Of a stretch of DNA of 64,000 nt, positions 1-9,001 are shown one piece after another. The notes beneath the pieces are model-generated. The model saw only the letters and a program-made list of their open reading frames with translations, had not been told where the DNA came from and did no database searches. The stretch is from the NCBI GenBank assembly GCA_963664015.2, contig CAXXLF010000002.1:576001-640000 (forward strand), in the 5' to 3' direction. The position numbers and the translations under genes are program-made. Source of the DNA: Candidatus Binatia bacterium (GTDB taxonomy: Bacteria; Desulfobacterota; Binatia; UBA9968; CAXXLF01). Within the stretch, counting starts at the first letter, position 1, and every line of letters starts with the position of its first letter.

Positions 1-576
1 TTTCCCCCTTTTCAGGCGTGAACGAATCTCGGAAGCTGAAATGTTAATGTCCGTTATTCGGGTGAAATAAAGGTGTGTGCCATTCATGTGCCGGAATGAT
101 TTCGTGCGGGGATCATAACAAAAACCGCTACGCACCGCAACGGGGATGGTCTCCAGCGACAGGGTATCGCCGCTCCCGGGCCGTGAGGTCACGATGAGTT
201 GACAGAGCGGGAAAATGGCCTGCACATCCTTCCACGAATCGATGTCGCGAAAGGCGTCCAGGCCGAGGATAAAATAGATTTTATGCCCCCGCTCCTTCTG
301 GACGAAATACCGAATCGTGTCGATGGAAAAGGACTTACCGGGGCGCTTGTGCTCGATGTCGGAAACCTCAAAACCCGGGTTTCGTGCGGTCGCCAGACGC
401 ACCATTCTCAGGCGCTCGTTGGCGGACGTAGTCGGTTGTCGCTTTTTGTGAGGTGGGATGGAGGCAGGGATAAAGATCACACGGTCGAGGGAGAAGGCCT
501 CCCTCACCTCCTCGGCGCTGCGTAGGTGACCCCAGTGAATTGGGTCGAAGGTGCCGCCAAACAGCCCGATCCTCAT
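1..576 (-). CDS. nadD: Nicotinate-nucleotide adenylyltransferase, runs off the window's left edge
   Basis: Absent from the ORF track. Reading from ATG 576 gives MRIGLFGGTFDPIHWGHLRSAEE (HxGH motif) and ISASEIR near position 30. ATGA overlap with the proA stop; proB-proA-nadD synteny. Confidence 0.93.
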   Translation of the reverse strand, partial: MRIGLFGGTFDPIHWGHLRSAEEVREAFSLDRVIFIPASIPPHKKRQPTTSANERLRMVRLATARNPGFEVSDIEHKRPGKSFSIDTIRYFVQKERGHKIYFILGLDAFRDIDSWKDVQAIFPLCQLIVTSRPGSGDTLSLETIPVAVRSGFCYDPRTKSFRHMNGTHLYFTRITDINISASEIRSRLKRGK

Positions 577-1853
577 TCCCTTATCTGCCCATCCCCAAAG
601 ACTATAAACTTGGTTGTGGTCAGCTCCTCAAGCCCCATGGGCCCGAAGGCGTGGACCTTGCTCGTGCTGATGCCGATCTCGGCGCCCAATCCAAGCTCAC
701 CGCCGTCGTTGAAGCGAGTGGAGGCATTGACGAGCACCGCCGATGAGTTCACTCGATCGACAAATTCCCTCGCCCTGGCGTAATCGGAGGTGACAATCGT
801 TTCCGTATGCTGGGAACCGAACTCCTCGATGTGCTCGACGGCTTGATCCATATTCTCAACCACCCGTACCGAAAGGATCAAGTCCAGATATTCGGCCGTC
901 CAGTCGTCATCGCCCGCCTCGGTGAGACCGGAGACCAGGAAGCATGTCTTTTTACAGCCGCGGATCTCGACCCCCGCTTCCTTCATCCTGGCGACCAGGG
1001 AAGGAATGAATTGGGGTGCAATTTTTTCGTGCACCAGCAGCGTCTCCATGGCGTTGCACACGGATGGCCGCTGCACCTTGGCGTTGAGAGCGATCTTCTC
1101 CGCCATTTCCAGCGAGGCATCACGGTCCACGTAGACGTGACACACCCCCTTGTAGTGTTTCACGACGGGCACGCGGGAGTTGGCGGCCACGGCGCGGATG
1201 AGTTCCTCACCACCGCGGGGGATGACCAGATCGATATAATCCTCCAACTGAAGCAGCTCGTTGACGATCCCCCGATCCCTTGATTCAACCACATGAACGG
1301 CATCGCGGGCGATACCCGCCTCCATCAACGCCTCTCCAAGAACCTTACCGATGGCCTGATTGGAGTGATAGGCCTCGCTCCCACCACGCAGGATAACCGC
1401 ATTACCCGATTTCAGACACAGGCCGGCGGCATCGGCAGTTACGTTAGGCCGGGACTCGTAAATCATGACGATGACACCGAGGGGGATACGCATGCGCCCC
1501 ACCTGAAGTCCGTTGGGACGGCGCCACATCTTGACCACCTCTCCAACCGGGTCCGGGAGCGTCACGATCTCCCTGAGCCCCGCGGCCATGGCGACGATTC
1601 GCGCCGGATTCAGGGCCAGGCGGTCGATCAGCGCCTCCGAGAGACCCGACTGCCTTCCCTGCTTCAAGTCCTTCTCGTTTTCCTTGAGGAGAGCAGCTTT
1701 TTTTTTCTCGAGCCCATCCGCCATCAGAAGCAGGGCCTGGTTTCGCACCGCGGAAGAAACCGTCCCTAGGCGTGAACCGGCACGTTTCGCATTCTTTCCC
1801 AACTCGAGGGCTTCTTCTTTCAATGACATCTTGTTCTCATCACTCCCAGCCAT
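573..1853 (-). CDS. proA: Gamma-glutamyl phosphate reductase (start may be 1829)
   Basis: YESRPNVT, PSVCNAMETLL and NASTRFNDGGELGLGAEIGIST motifs. Confidence 0.97.
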   Translation of the reverse strand: MAGSDENKMSLKEEALELGKNAKRAGSRLGTVSSAVRNQALLLMADGLEKKKAALLKENEKDLKQGRQSGLSEALIDRLALNPARIVAMAAGLREIVTLPDPVGEVVKMWRRPNGLQVGRMRIPLGVIVMIYESRPNVTADAAGLCLKSGNAVILRGGSEAYHSNQAIGKVLGEALMEAGIARDAVHVVESRDRGIVNELLQLEDYIDLVIPRGGEELIRAVAANSRVPVVKHYKGVCHVYVDRDASLEMAEKIALNAKVQRPSVCNAMETLLVHEKIAPQFIPSLVARMKEAGVEIRGCKKTCFLVSGLTEAGDDDWTAEYLDLILSVRVVENMDQAVEHIEEFGSQHTETIVTSDYARAREFVDRVNSSAVLVNASTRFNDGGELGLGAEIGISTSKVHAFGPMGLEELTTTKFIVFGDGQIRE

Positions 1854-1900
1854 CAGCTACCAACATTTATTCTTCTCAACCCGGAAACTTGACTACTGAT

Positions 1901-1976
1901 CTCCGACCTTGGCGTCCTTTGCGTCTTTCGCTCGACTTTGCTCGGGACCCTGAGCCTGTCGAAGGGTGCGCGAGAT
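1901..1976. repeat. REP/MITE-like composite palindromic element, copy 1
   Basis: CTCCGACCTTGGCGTCC...CTCGAC-GCTCGGG-AC-CCTGAGC-CTGTCGAAGGG-TGCGCGAG; related copy at 34037-34110. Confidence 0.7.
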
Positions 1977-2130
1977 ATTCTTTATCGGAGTCGATCTCCG
2001 ACATCCGATCTCTACCTCTGGCCCTGTCTCTATCTCTGTCCTTCTCCGCTTTACCCTATGCCCTTTAACTATTTGCTATTCACCATTTGCCATTCGCTTG
2101 TCTTTGGACCTCTGACATCTGCCCTCTGGT

Positions 2131-3267
2131 TCACAAAAGCACCAGATCATCACGATGGATGATTTCGTCGTAGACCTTGTACCCCAGGACCTTCTCGATC
2201 CCATTGGTGCGAAGCCCCTTGATCCGTTCGAGCTCGTGAGCACTGTAGTTAACCAGCCCCCGGGCAAACTCCCTTCCTTCGGCATCCAGACAACGCACGC
2301 ATTCGCCCACTCCGAACGAACCACGCACCTCTTTCAAACCGGAGGGGAGCAGGCTCTTCTTTTTCTTGACCAGGGCCTCGTAGGCGCCGGGGTCCACTAC
2401 GATCTCGCCCGACGGTTTAAGATTGTAGGCAATCCAGTGCTTGCGGTTCGCCAGACGGGTTCCTTCGGGCAGGATAAGCGTACCGATCTCTTCTTTGACA
2501 TCGAACACCGTGGGCAGCGTGGCCGTCCCCAAACCGTTAGCGATGATGGTCGGGATCCCCGAAGCGGCCGCCTTCTCCGCCGCTTCGATTTTCGACGCCA
2601 TCCCCCCGGTCCCGTAAGGGCCCTGGGTCGTAGCGCCTACCTTTCTCTTGTACTGCTTCAAATCAGAGATGAGGGGGATCAGCTGGGCATCCGGAAAGAG
2701 GCGGGGATCGCGATCAAAGACCCCGTCGACATCACTCAACATAACCAGCAAGTCCGCCTCCATGAGCGTCGCCACCAGAGACGAGAGGTGATCGTTGTCA
2801 CCGAACTTCATCTCCTCAACAGCGACCGTGTCATTTTCGTTCACAATAGGGATGATGGAGGAATCGAACAGCGTCTGCAGTGTGTGCTTGGCATTGAGAT
2901 AGCGCTTGCGGTTGGAGAGATCCTCATGGGTCAACAGCAACTGGGCAACGCTTTTTTGGAACTCGGAGAAGTACCTCTCGTAAAGCGCCATCAACTTGAT
3001 CTGTCCCACCGCGGCCAGGGCCTGCTTCTGGGGGATGGTCCTGGGCCGTTCTGTCAAACCCAGCCGTGTCATCCCCGCCGCTACCGCCCCCGAGGAAACG
3101 ACCACGACTTCCTTACCCGCATTGTGCAGGACGGCCAGGTCGCCGACCAACCCGCGGATCTTCCCCTCTTCGATACCGTTTACAGAAGAGAGGATCTGGC
3201 TGCCGATCTTGACGACGATCCGGCGCGCCTTGCTTACGATTCCCTTCTTAGACTCCAGCTGTGACAC
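2131..3267 (-). CDS. proB: Glutamate 5-kinase with PUA domain
   Basis: VVKIGS, VSSGAV, NENDTV, FGDND and GTGGMASK motifs; C-terminal IHRDDLV. Confidence 0.97.
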   Translation of the reverse strand: MSQLESKKGIVSKARRIVVKIGSQILSSVNGIEEGKIRGLVGDLAVLHNAGKEVVVVSSGAVAAGMTRLGLTERPRTIPQKQALAAVGQIKLMALYERYFSEFQKSVAQLLLTHEDLSNRKRYLNAKHTLQTLFDSSIIPIVNENDTVAVEEMKFGDNDHLSSLVATLMEADLLVMLSDVDGVFDRDPRLFPDAQLIPLISDLKQYKRKVGATTQGPYGTGGMASKIEAAEKAAASGIPTIIANGLGTATLPTVFDVKEEIGTLILPEGTRLANRKHWIAYNLKPSGEIVVDPGAYEALVKKKKSLLPSGLKEVRGSFGVGECVRCLDAEGREFARGLVNYSAHELERIKGLRTNGIEKVLGYKVYDEIIHRDDLVLL

Positions 3268-4273
3268 CGCTCAGTTCCTCCTCCGCTTTCAATGCCGCCA
3301 ACCGCCCAATAATCAGACGCTTCAATTCCACCAGACCCTCGTGCGTTACCGCGGAGATCGCGCACACGGGTAGGAGCTTTTTCAATTGCTCGGCCGCCTC
3401 CCTTCCCTCCGGCAGATCGATCTTGTTGGCGACGACAATCTGCGGGATCCGGTCCAGTTGCAGGGAGGCAAGTTCCAGCTCCCGGTTGATGACCTGGTAG
3501 TCGACCAGAGGGTCCTCTTCCGTGATCTGGGATGCGTCCAGCAAATGGATCAACAGGCTGGTTCGGCTCACATGTTTCAAGAACCGGTCTCCCAGTCCCT
3601 CGCCTCTATGGGCCCCCTCGATGAGCCCGGGGATATCGGCCATGACGAAGCTCCTCCCCTCATCATAATCCACGACCCCCAGATTCGGAACCAATGTTGT
3701 GAAGGGATAATCGGCGATTTTGGGCCGGGCAGCGGACAGGGCCGCAATCAGCGTCGACTTCCCCGCGTTGGGGAGCCCGACGATCCCCACATCGGCGAGC
3801 AGCCGGAGCTCCAGGTGGAGCTCCTTTTCCTCGCCGGGTATCCCGGGCTGGAACCGGCGGGGGCTCTGGTTCGTCGACGAGACAAAGTGGGCATTTCCCT
3901 TGCCCCCCTTGCCGCCGGCGACGACTACTACGCGGGCATCAGCGGTATTGAAGTCGGCCAGGACCTCGCCGGTTTCCAGGTCTCGAACTACCGTCCCCGT
4001 GGGTACCCGTACGATCTTGTCCTCACCGCCCTTGCCGTGCTGGTCTTTTCCCCTACCATGCTCACCGCGCTCTCCGCGGTACAGCTTCTGGTAACGCAGG
4101 TCGAGCAGGGTCACGAGCTGGTCATCGCTGACGAGAACGATACTTCCACCCTTCCCGCCGTTACCGCCGTCGGGTCCGCCGTGGGGCCGGTCCTTCTCGT
4201 GGCGAAAGCTCATACAGCCGCGGCCACCGTCACCCGCCTTGACCTTGATTTTGACTTCGTCGACGAACTTCAT
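3248..4273 (-). CDS. obgE: GTPase Obg/CgtA
   Basis: Gly-rich Obg N-terminal fold; GLPNAGKST, DYPFTT, DIPG, NKID. Confidence 0.97.
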   Translation of the reverse strand: MKFVDEVKIKVKAGDGGRGCMSFRHEKDRPHGGPDGGNGGKGGSIVLVSDDQLVTLLDLRYQKLYRGERGEHGRGKDQHGKGGEDKIVRVPTGTVVRDLETGEVLADFNTADARVVVVAGGKGGKGNAHFVSSTNQSPRRFQPGIPGEEKELHLELRLLADVGIVGLPNAGKSTLIAALSAARPKIADYPFTTLVPNLGVVDYDEGRSFVMADIPGLIEGAHRGEGLGDRFLKHVSRTSLLIHLLDASQITEEDPLVDYQVINRELELASLQLDRIPQIVVANKIDLPEGREAAEQLKKLLPVCAISAVTHEGLVELKRLIIGRLAALKAEEELSGVTAGV

Positions 4274-4430
4274 AATTAACTGGAACCTTTTTTACCAGGC
4301 TGATTACGGGAGGCTTTCAATACGAGATTAAAAATTAGAATAGAGCACCTTCCATGCCGAGCAACCTATGTACAATTTCTATCATCTTTGCCCTTAACCA
4401 ACCATTACTATTGTAGTACTATTTTAGGGG

Positions 4431-4462
4431 TAAAAAAAAAGCCCCGAGAGGAGCTTTTTGAA
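4431..4462 (-). terminator. Rho-independent terminator after rpmA
   Basis: Minus strand AAAAAGCTCC-TCTC-GGGGCTTTTTTTTT: hairpin followed by a U tract. Confidence 0.75.
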
Positions 4463-4475
4463 TTGCAGGGTTGAG

Positions 4476-4745
4476 CTATGCGGGTTGTGCCACAAGGGGC
4501 AAGATAGTAACCCTTTTCCTGGTTCGGTCCATCCTCTCATATCGGACCAGTCCATCGATCTTGGCGAACAGCGTGTAGTCGCGGCCCATGCCGACGTTCT
4601 TTCCCGGATGGATCCGGGTACCGAGCTGGCGCACGAGGATGTTGCCGGCGCGCACCTGCTGCCCACCGTATATCTTCACACCGCGCCTCTGGCCGTGACT
4701 GTCCCTACCGTTACGTGAGCTTCCACCTGCCTTTTTGTGTGCCAT
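4476..4745 (-). CDS. rpmA: 50S ribosomal protein L27
   Basis: [16 protein letters not shown] signature. Confidence 0.99.
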   Translation of the reverse strand: MAHKKAGGSSRNGRDSHGQRRGVKIYGGQQVRAGNILVRQLGTRIHPGKNVGMGRDYTLFAKIDGLVRYERMDRTRKRVTILPLVAQPA

Positions 4746-4756
4746 GACTTACCGTC

Positions 4757-5071
4757 CTATCCTTGAATTTCTACGATCTTGAGCTTGGTCAGAGGTTGGC
4801 GGTGTCCCTGCCTTTTGCTGTATCCCTTGCGCCTCGTCTTCTTGAAAACAATGATTTTCGGGGCTAGTTTTTGTTCGACGATCTCCGCCGTAACCGCCGC
4901 CTCGGCAAGGGTTGGGGTCCCTATGCGGGCCTCCTCCCCTTCCGTACCCACCAGAAGCACGGGCTCCAACTTGACCTGATCGCCTATCTCGCCCTTCAGC
5001 AACTCGACCTCAACGGTCTCCCCCGGGGCGACCCGATACTGCTTACCACCTGTTTTTACTACTGCATACAT
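4757..5071 (-). CDS. rplU: 50S ribosomal protein L21
   Basis: MYAVVKTGGKQY start at ATG 5071; GHRQP motif. Confidence 0.98.
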   Translation of the reverse strand: MYAVVKTGGKQYRVAPGETVEVELLKGEIGDQVKLEPVLLVGTEGEEARIGTPTLAEAAVTAEIVEQKLAPKIIVFKKTRRKGYSKRQGHRQPLTKLKIVEIQG

Positions 5072-5093
5072 ATCTAGGTTCCTTTGAAGCTGC

Positions 5094-5123
5094 ATTTTTA
5101 GTCGAAACCCCAAGCAAAGTCAA
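5094..5123 (-). promoter_or_regulatory. Putative sigma70 promoter for rplU-rpmA
   Basis: TTGACT-N17-TAAAAA(T) about 25 nt upstream of the rplU ATG. Confidence 0.5.
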
Positions 5124-5655
5124 ATGATTCCAGATGATATACAATGACAACTTTGCAGCTGAGCATCCCGCATATATACCGCGTACAGCTTCCCGGCCGT
5201 TACTTGTCTGATTGGTTTCATAGCCTAAACGCTGAACTTCCAATAGTAGAGTACAAATCGGTCATGGTAGGCTTTCTACTAGGAGGATTGCCTTTTTCAT
5301 ATAGAAAACGTATGGAGAAGATTTGCCGCGGCAGGGGTATCCGGCCATAATTCATTAATATCTAATGAGTTTTCATCTTCGGAGACAGGACAGTCAGATT
5401 AGATACAGTCCCGGAAGGCAGGGGTCATTCGCCTGGAAAATTCAAATTTGGAACAACTTTTGACCTCTTATTGACATACATTTCATACCTTACTAGAAGT
5501 TTAGCGCCACAAAGAACCTTGGAAGCTCATCTTGAGTAGGATTCATGTACGTTCAAATGCCTAGTGGCGCAACCGGTTTAAGATAGGATTGGATTCAAGC
5601 TGACGACCAAAGCAACACGCCGTAAGATTTTTACGCTCAATGCCGAGGCAAGACG

Positions 5656-6063
5656 ATGGGAAATTTCATAACGTGAATACTGACGGCCCTTCTTGTATTG
5701 GCCTGGTCCACCGCACCGGTTACCGGCGCTGATGTAAAGATTTGTTCCGGGGAGTCCATCATTGATAGCCCGCTGAACGACCTCTTACTTCCCCAACAGG
5801 CCCCATACCCCAATGATAGCTGCGTCATTGCGCAGTCTATGCTGGGAGACTACGGAAAGCTGCCGAAAGAACAGTGGGGTAAAGATCGCAGATTTGAAGC
5901 AGAGCAACTTGAAAGAGTTCGAAGACGGGATGACAACGGAATAACTAGAAGATGTAAACAATCTTGTTACGAGACATACCGGACTTGGTCTCGACATCTT
6001 TGGAATCCTCGTAGCAAGTCCTGTCAGAATGATTTTAACAACTGCATACGGTCATGCCAGTAG
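5656..6063 (+). pseudogene. Secreted Cys-rich small protein with an in-frame TGA in the signal peptide
   Basis: GAGG RBS, then ATG 5656: MGNFIT*ILTALLVLAWSTAPVTGA-DVKIC, in frame with ORF 5698..6063. C-terminal CxxxC...Cx6CxxxC. Confidence 0.55.
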
Positions 6064-6121
6064 CATTCCATTCATCATCCCCTGACAGTTGGGATTCCAT
6101 AATCTAAGTGGAGGCATTGCT

Positions 6122-6443
6122 ATGAGAACCAATCAGCTTCTTTTAATTTTTCACTCTTGTTCTCTCTGCCGTTTTCATCATAACCCCTTCTGCGGACTCC
6201 CAGCACAATGAGAAAAAAGACGGGGGGAGAAAACTACCCCCTAGCATGGAAGCATTGGAAATCCAAAAAGTTAGATACGTGCTGCCTAGCGGGACGAAGA
6301 TTAGTAAAAGAGCCGGTGTCATAACTTTTGAGGGAGCTGGCGAGTACACGGCTAGAAGGCCGGCGGAAATGGGAAGACGCCTCAAAGAAAGTGAGATAAA
6401 ATTTGAACGACTAGAGGAGTTGCGTAACCGGGAAAGGGAATAA
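6122..6443 (+). pseudogene. Secreted hypothetical protein, frameshifted in a T run
   Basis: GGAGG RBS, ATG 6122. Removing one T near 6150 gives signal peptide MRTNQLLLIFTLVLSAVFIITPSADS, which joins ORF 6246..6443. Confidence 0.55.
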
Positions 6444-6569
6444 GGAATTATTAAGAGCTTCTTTCTGCGTTATCCCTGGAGATAGAACTTCTGGTAGAGC
6501 CGACACTTGCGCTACGAAATTTCCCGTTCCATCTTTTTCTATAATCACATTCAGTGTCTTCGCTTCCAT
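6411..6569 (-). pseudogene. HicB-family antitoxin, C-terminally truncated; no hicA seen
   Basis: MEAKTLNVIIEKDGTGNFVAQVSALPEVLSPGITQKEALNN matches the HicB N-terminal pattern, then loses similarity. Confidence 0.65.
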
Positions 6570-6635
6570 ACTCCGCTCTTCTCTTGTCCCTTTCGACAAA
6601 CACATCAATTAGAGAATACCGCGCCTTCCGTTTGC

Positions 6636-7404
6636 TCACAGGGATGGTGGGTTGGTCGAAGGTTTATCGTCTTTGCGACTGCCGACCAGTGTTAAGAGTG
6701 CCATCCCCGCAAGGTAGGATGCCCCGGCGAGGTAAAAGGCCGGTGTAAAGCCGAATCGGTCCACGCCGAATCGGGTCACTAGTGTCCAGAAAGGACCGGA
6801 CATAAATCCGATAAAGCAGTAGAGGGAAAACGCCGCGTCGGCTATATCATCCGTAGCGAAGTCGCCGATCATGGCCTGGGTCAAGGAACTTCGAGCCTAG
6901 ACGAAAGCCCCATAGAGGATAAGGTTGATGATCAACAAGACGTTGATCGCCGATTGATAGGCAAGCCAGATGGTAAAGATTGCGGACAAGATTAACGTGC
7001 TTTGAACGACCAGCGCCCTACGCCCGACACGGTCCGAAAGCCAAGCCACACCTAGCGGTCCCACCACGCCGGCCGCCTCGAGGACCATGAGCAAGAACCC
7101 CGCTTGCAAAGCCGTGACATCAAATCTTTCCATAAAGGAAGGAACGAGATAAGTCACGTTAAATCCCGTCCCGCGCCCCACCGCTCCAACCATCAGGATC
7201 AAAGCGGTAAAGACAATATGAGGTCTTTGAGGCATCGCTGATAGGCATCGAGTCCGGCTTGCGCGGCTTTTTCCTGCCCATACGCGCACTACTTGGCACC
7301 CGATCGCGCAGCAAAAAATAACCGACGCCCATCAGGATGCTCGGTATTCCCAGAATGAGGGAAGCCTGCCGCCATTCCATAAAGAGAAGAAGCGAGGCGG
7401 CGAT
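6636..7404 (-). pseudogene. MFS transporter, C-terminal remnant
   Basis: WLSDRVGRR (MFS motif A-like), in-frame TAG at 6897-6899, frameshift near 7200-7290, N-terminal half absent. Confidence 0.75.
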
Positions 7405-7921
7405 AACAACAGCAAAAATGAAACGAATTTTGGTCCGTGGAAGAATACTCGATGGTGATTTCCAGTGTCGGGCTGTCATGAAGACCGACATAGGCGCTGT
7501 GACAACTGACGGCCATACCATCAACAACACGGGCAAAATGGCCAAGCCCAGGGCGATGTTGTCGTACAGAGTCCGGTGGTCTTCAAGGTTACGGAGTTTA
7601 CCCTTTTCCTTTCCCACCTGGAGACAGCCCGGGCAGAGATGCTGTCCGCTCAGTTCCACGTCGCAGAGCGCGGACAGGAAGCGGCCGCAGCTTTCACAAG
7701 TGACGACCCCCTTCTTTTTTTCGTGATAGAAGCAGCTGGGCTCACTTTCTACGATCAGGGACTGTCCCGATTGAACGCCCGTGGGTTTCTCGAACAGGGC
7801 GGGAAATACGTCGACCCGAATTTCCGAATTACACGAAGGGCAACGGATGAAGTCGGTCGTATTATAGACCGTTGGGAAGTAATAGGTTCCATTTGCCGCA
7901 GTGGCTGAACGAGACATTCAT
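7405..7921 (-). pseudogene. Zn-ribbon/B-box-like membrane protein, frameshifted and fused to the MFS remnant
   Basis: CPSC, CFYH..CESCGRF..LC..LCPGC and a TM hairpin. Probable start ATG 7921 (MNVSFSHCGKW) is in another frame. Confidence 0.6.
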
Positions 7922-7932
7922 GGGTACCGAGC

Positions 7933-8659
7933 CTAGCCCTTGACCACTCGGGTGCTACATATCCCATCGTGGAGCGATCGTTTTTCGGCATCGAATGCGG
8001 ACATGAGATAACCGATGCCAAAGATTAGCCAGCTCAGGTATTCGAAAAAGTGACGGCCCAATGCCTTTCCAAAGGTCACCTTGTCTCCGTCCGCGTTCAC
8101 CACCTTGATATTGCATGCCATTGTTCCGGGGGTAGCCCCGAACTTGCCGATGAACCAGGTGGCATAGGCGGCGGCCGCGATTAATTGAAAGAGGTTCATC
8201 ACCAGGTAAAAGACGATCTCTTCGGTCGAGCCGGCGGACTTGGTGGCGCCAAGCAGTAACATCGATGCCCCCATAGTGACCACAATGCTGGCGATCCCGA
8301 AAATGATACCGTCGATGCATTTGCCCCCCCGGGCGAATCCAAAAACCCGCATATACCATGACCTGGGGCAGACTCATGCCTTGCTTGAGCTTCTGGACGG
8401 AGGTGGGTTTGCAACCGCCGCAGACAGACGAACCCTCGTATTGGATCATCTCATCGGGAGAAAACACCTGGCCGCACTCGCAGCAAACGTTTTCACCTGG
8501 GCCGGCCACCGCCGGTGCCGGAATGCTACCTGCCCCGTCTTTTACCCGCGGTTCGGGAGGCATCAGCGGATTGGCGAGAGGACTTCCGTAAGACTTGCAG
8601 GCATCTTTTGCCATCTGAATCAAGCTGCATTTACCGCATTTCACACCCATCAAATTCAT
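7933..8659 (-). pseudogene. RDD-family membrane protein with N-terminal Zn ribbon, frameshifted in a G7 run
   Basis: CCECG..CGGCK and YAGFWIR in one frame continue as KCIDG..ATPG..GR..KRSLHDGICSTRVV in another; switch at about 8324-8330. Confidence 0.75.
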
Positions 8660-9001
8660 AGCGCTGCTTCCTTCGAGCAAGAGGATCCGCAGGGCCGACC
8701 CTAGCCCAACACTTTGAATATGCGGATCAAAATAGCAATTACTATGCAACGGCCTGCCGTCAGGGAGCATAGTGAAAGTTACTGAATACAGAGCGTTTTT
8801 TGAATTTAGGAGGCGAAATTTAACAGCGGAAACAGCCTTAAAACCAATATACTGACAATTATTATAAGGAGGGGCCTACCAGGCAAACATATTTGTCCAA
8901 CTGAGCTAGGCCAAGGGGAGTCGGGCAACTACCGAAGGGTCCCGCGGCCGGCCAGGCCCCCGAACCGCCCGGATCCTTCTATCCGGCATACCGAGCCGCT
9001 C

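Noticed and set aside
2155-4279. Long plus-strand ORFs (369 and 297 aa) and similar shadow ORFs elsewhere
   Set aside because: Antisense to well-supported genes; expected with GC-rich codon usage.
5674-5676. In-frame TGA as possible selenocysteine
   Set aside because: It lies in a signal peptide with no redox motif or SECIS-like loop.
8890-8915. Minus-strand GGCCTAGCTCAGTTGGA resembling a tRNA D-arm
   Set aside because: No anticodon arm, T-loop (GTTCGA) or acceptor stem follows.
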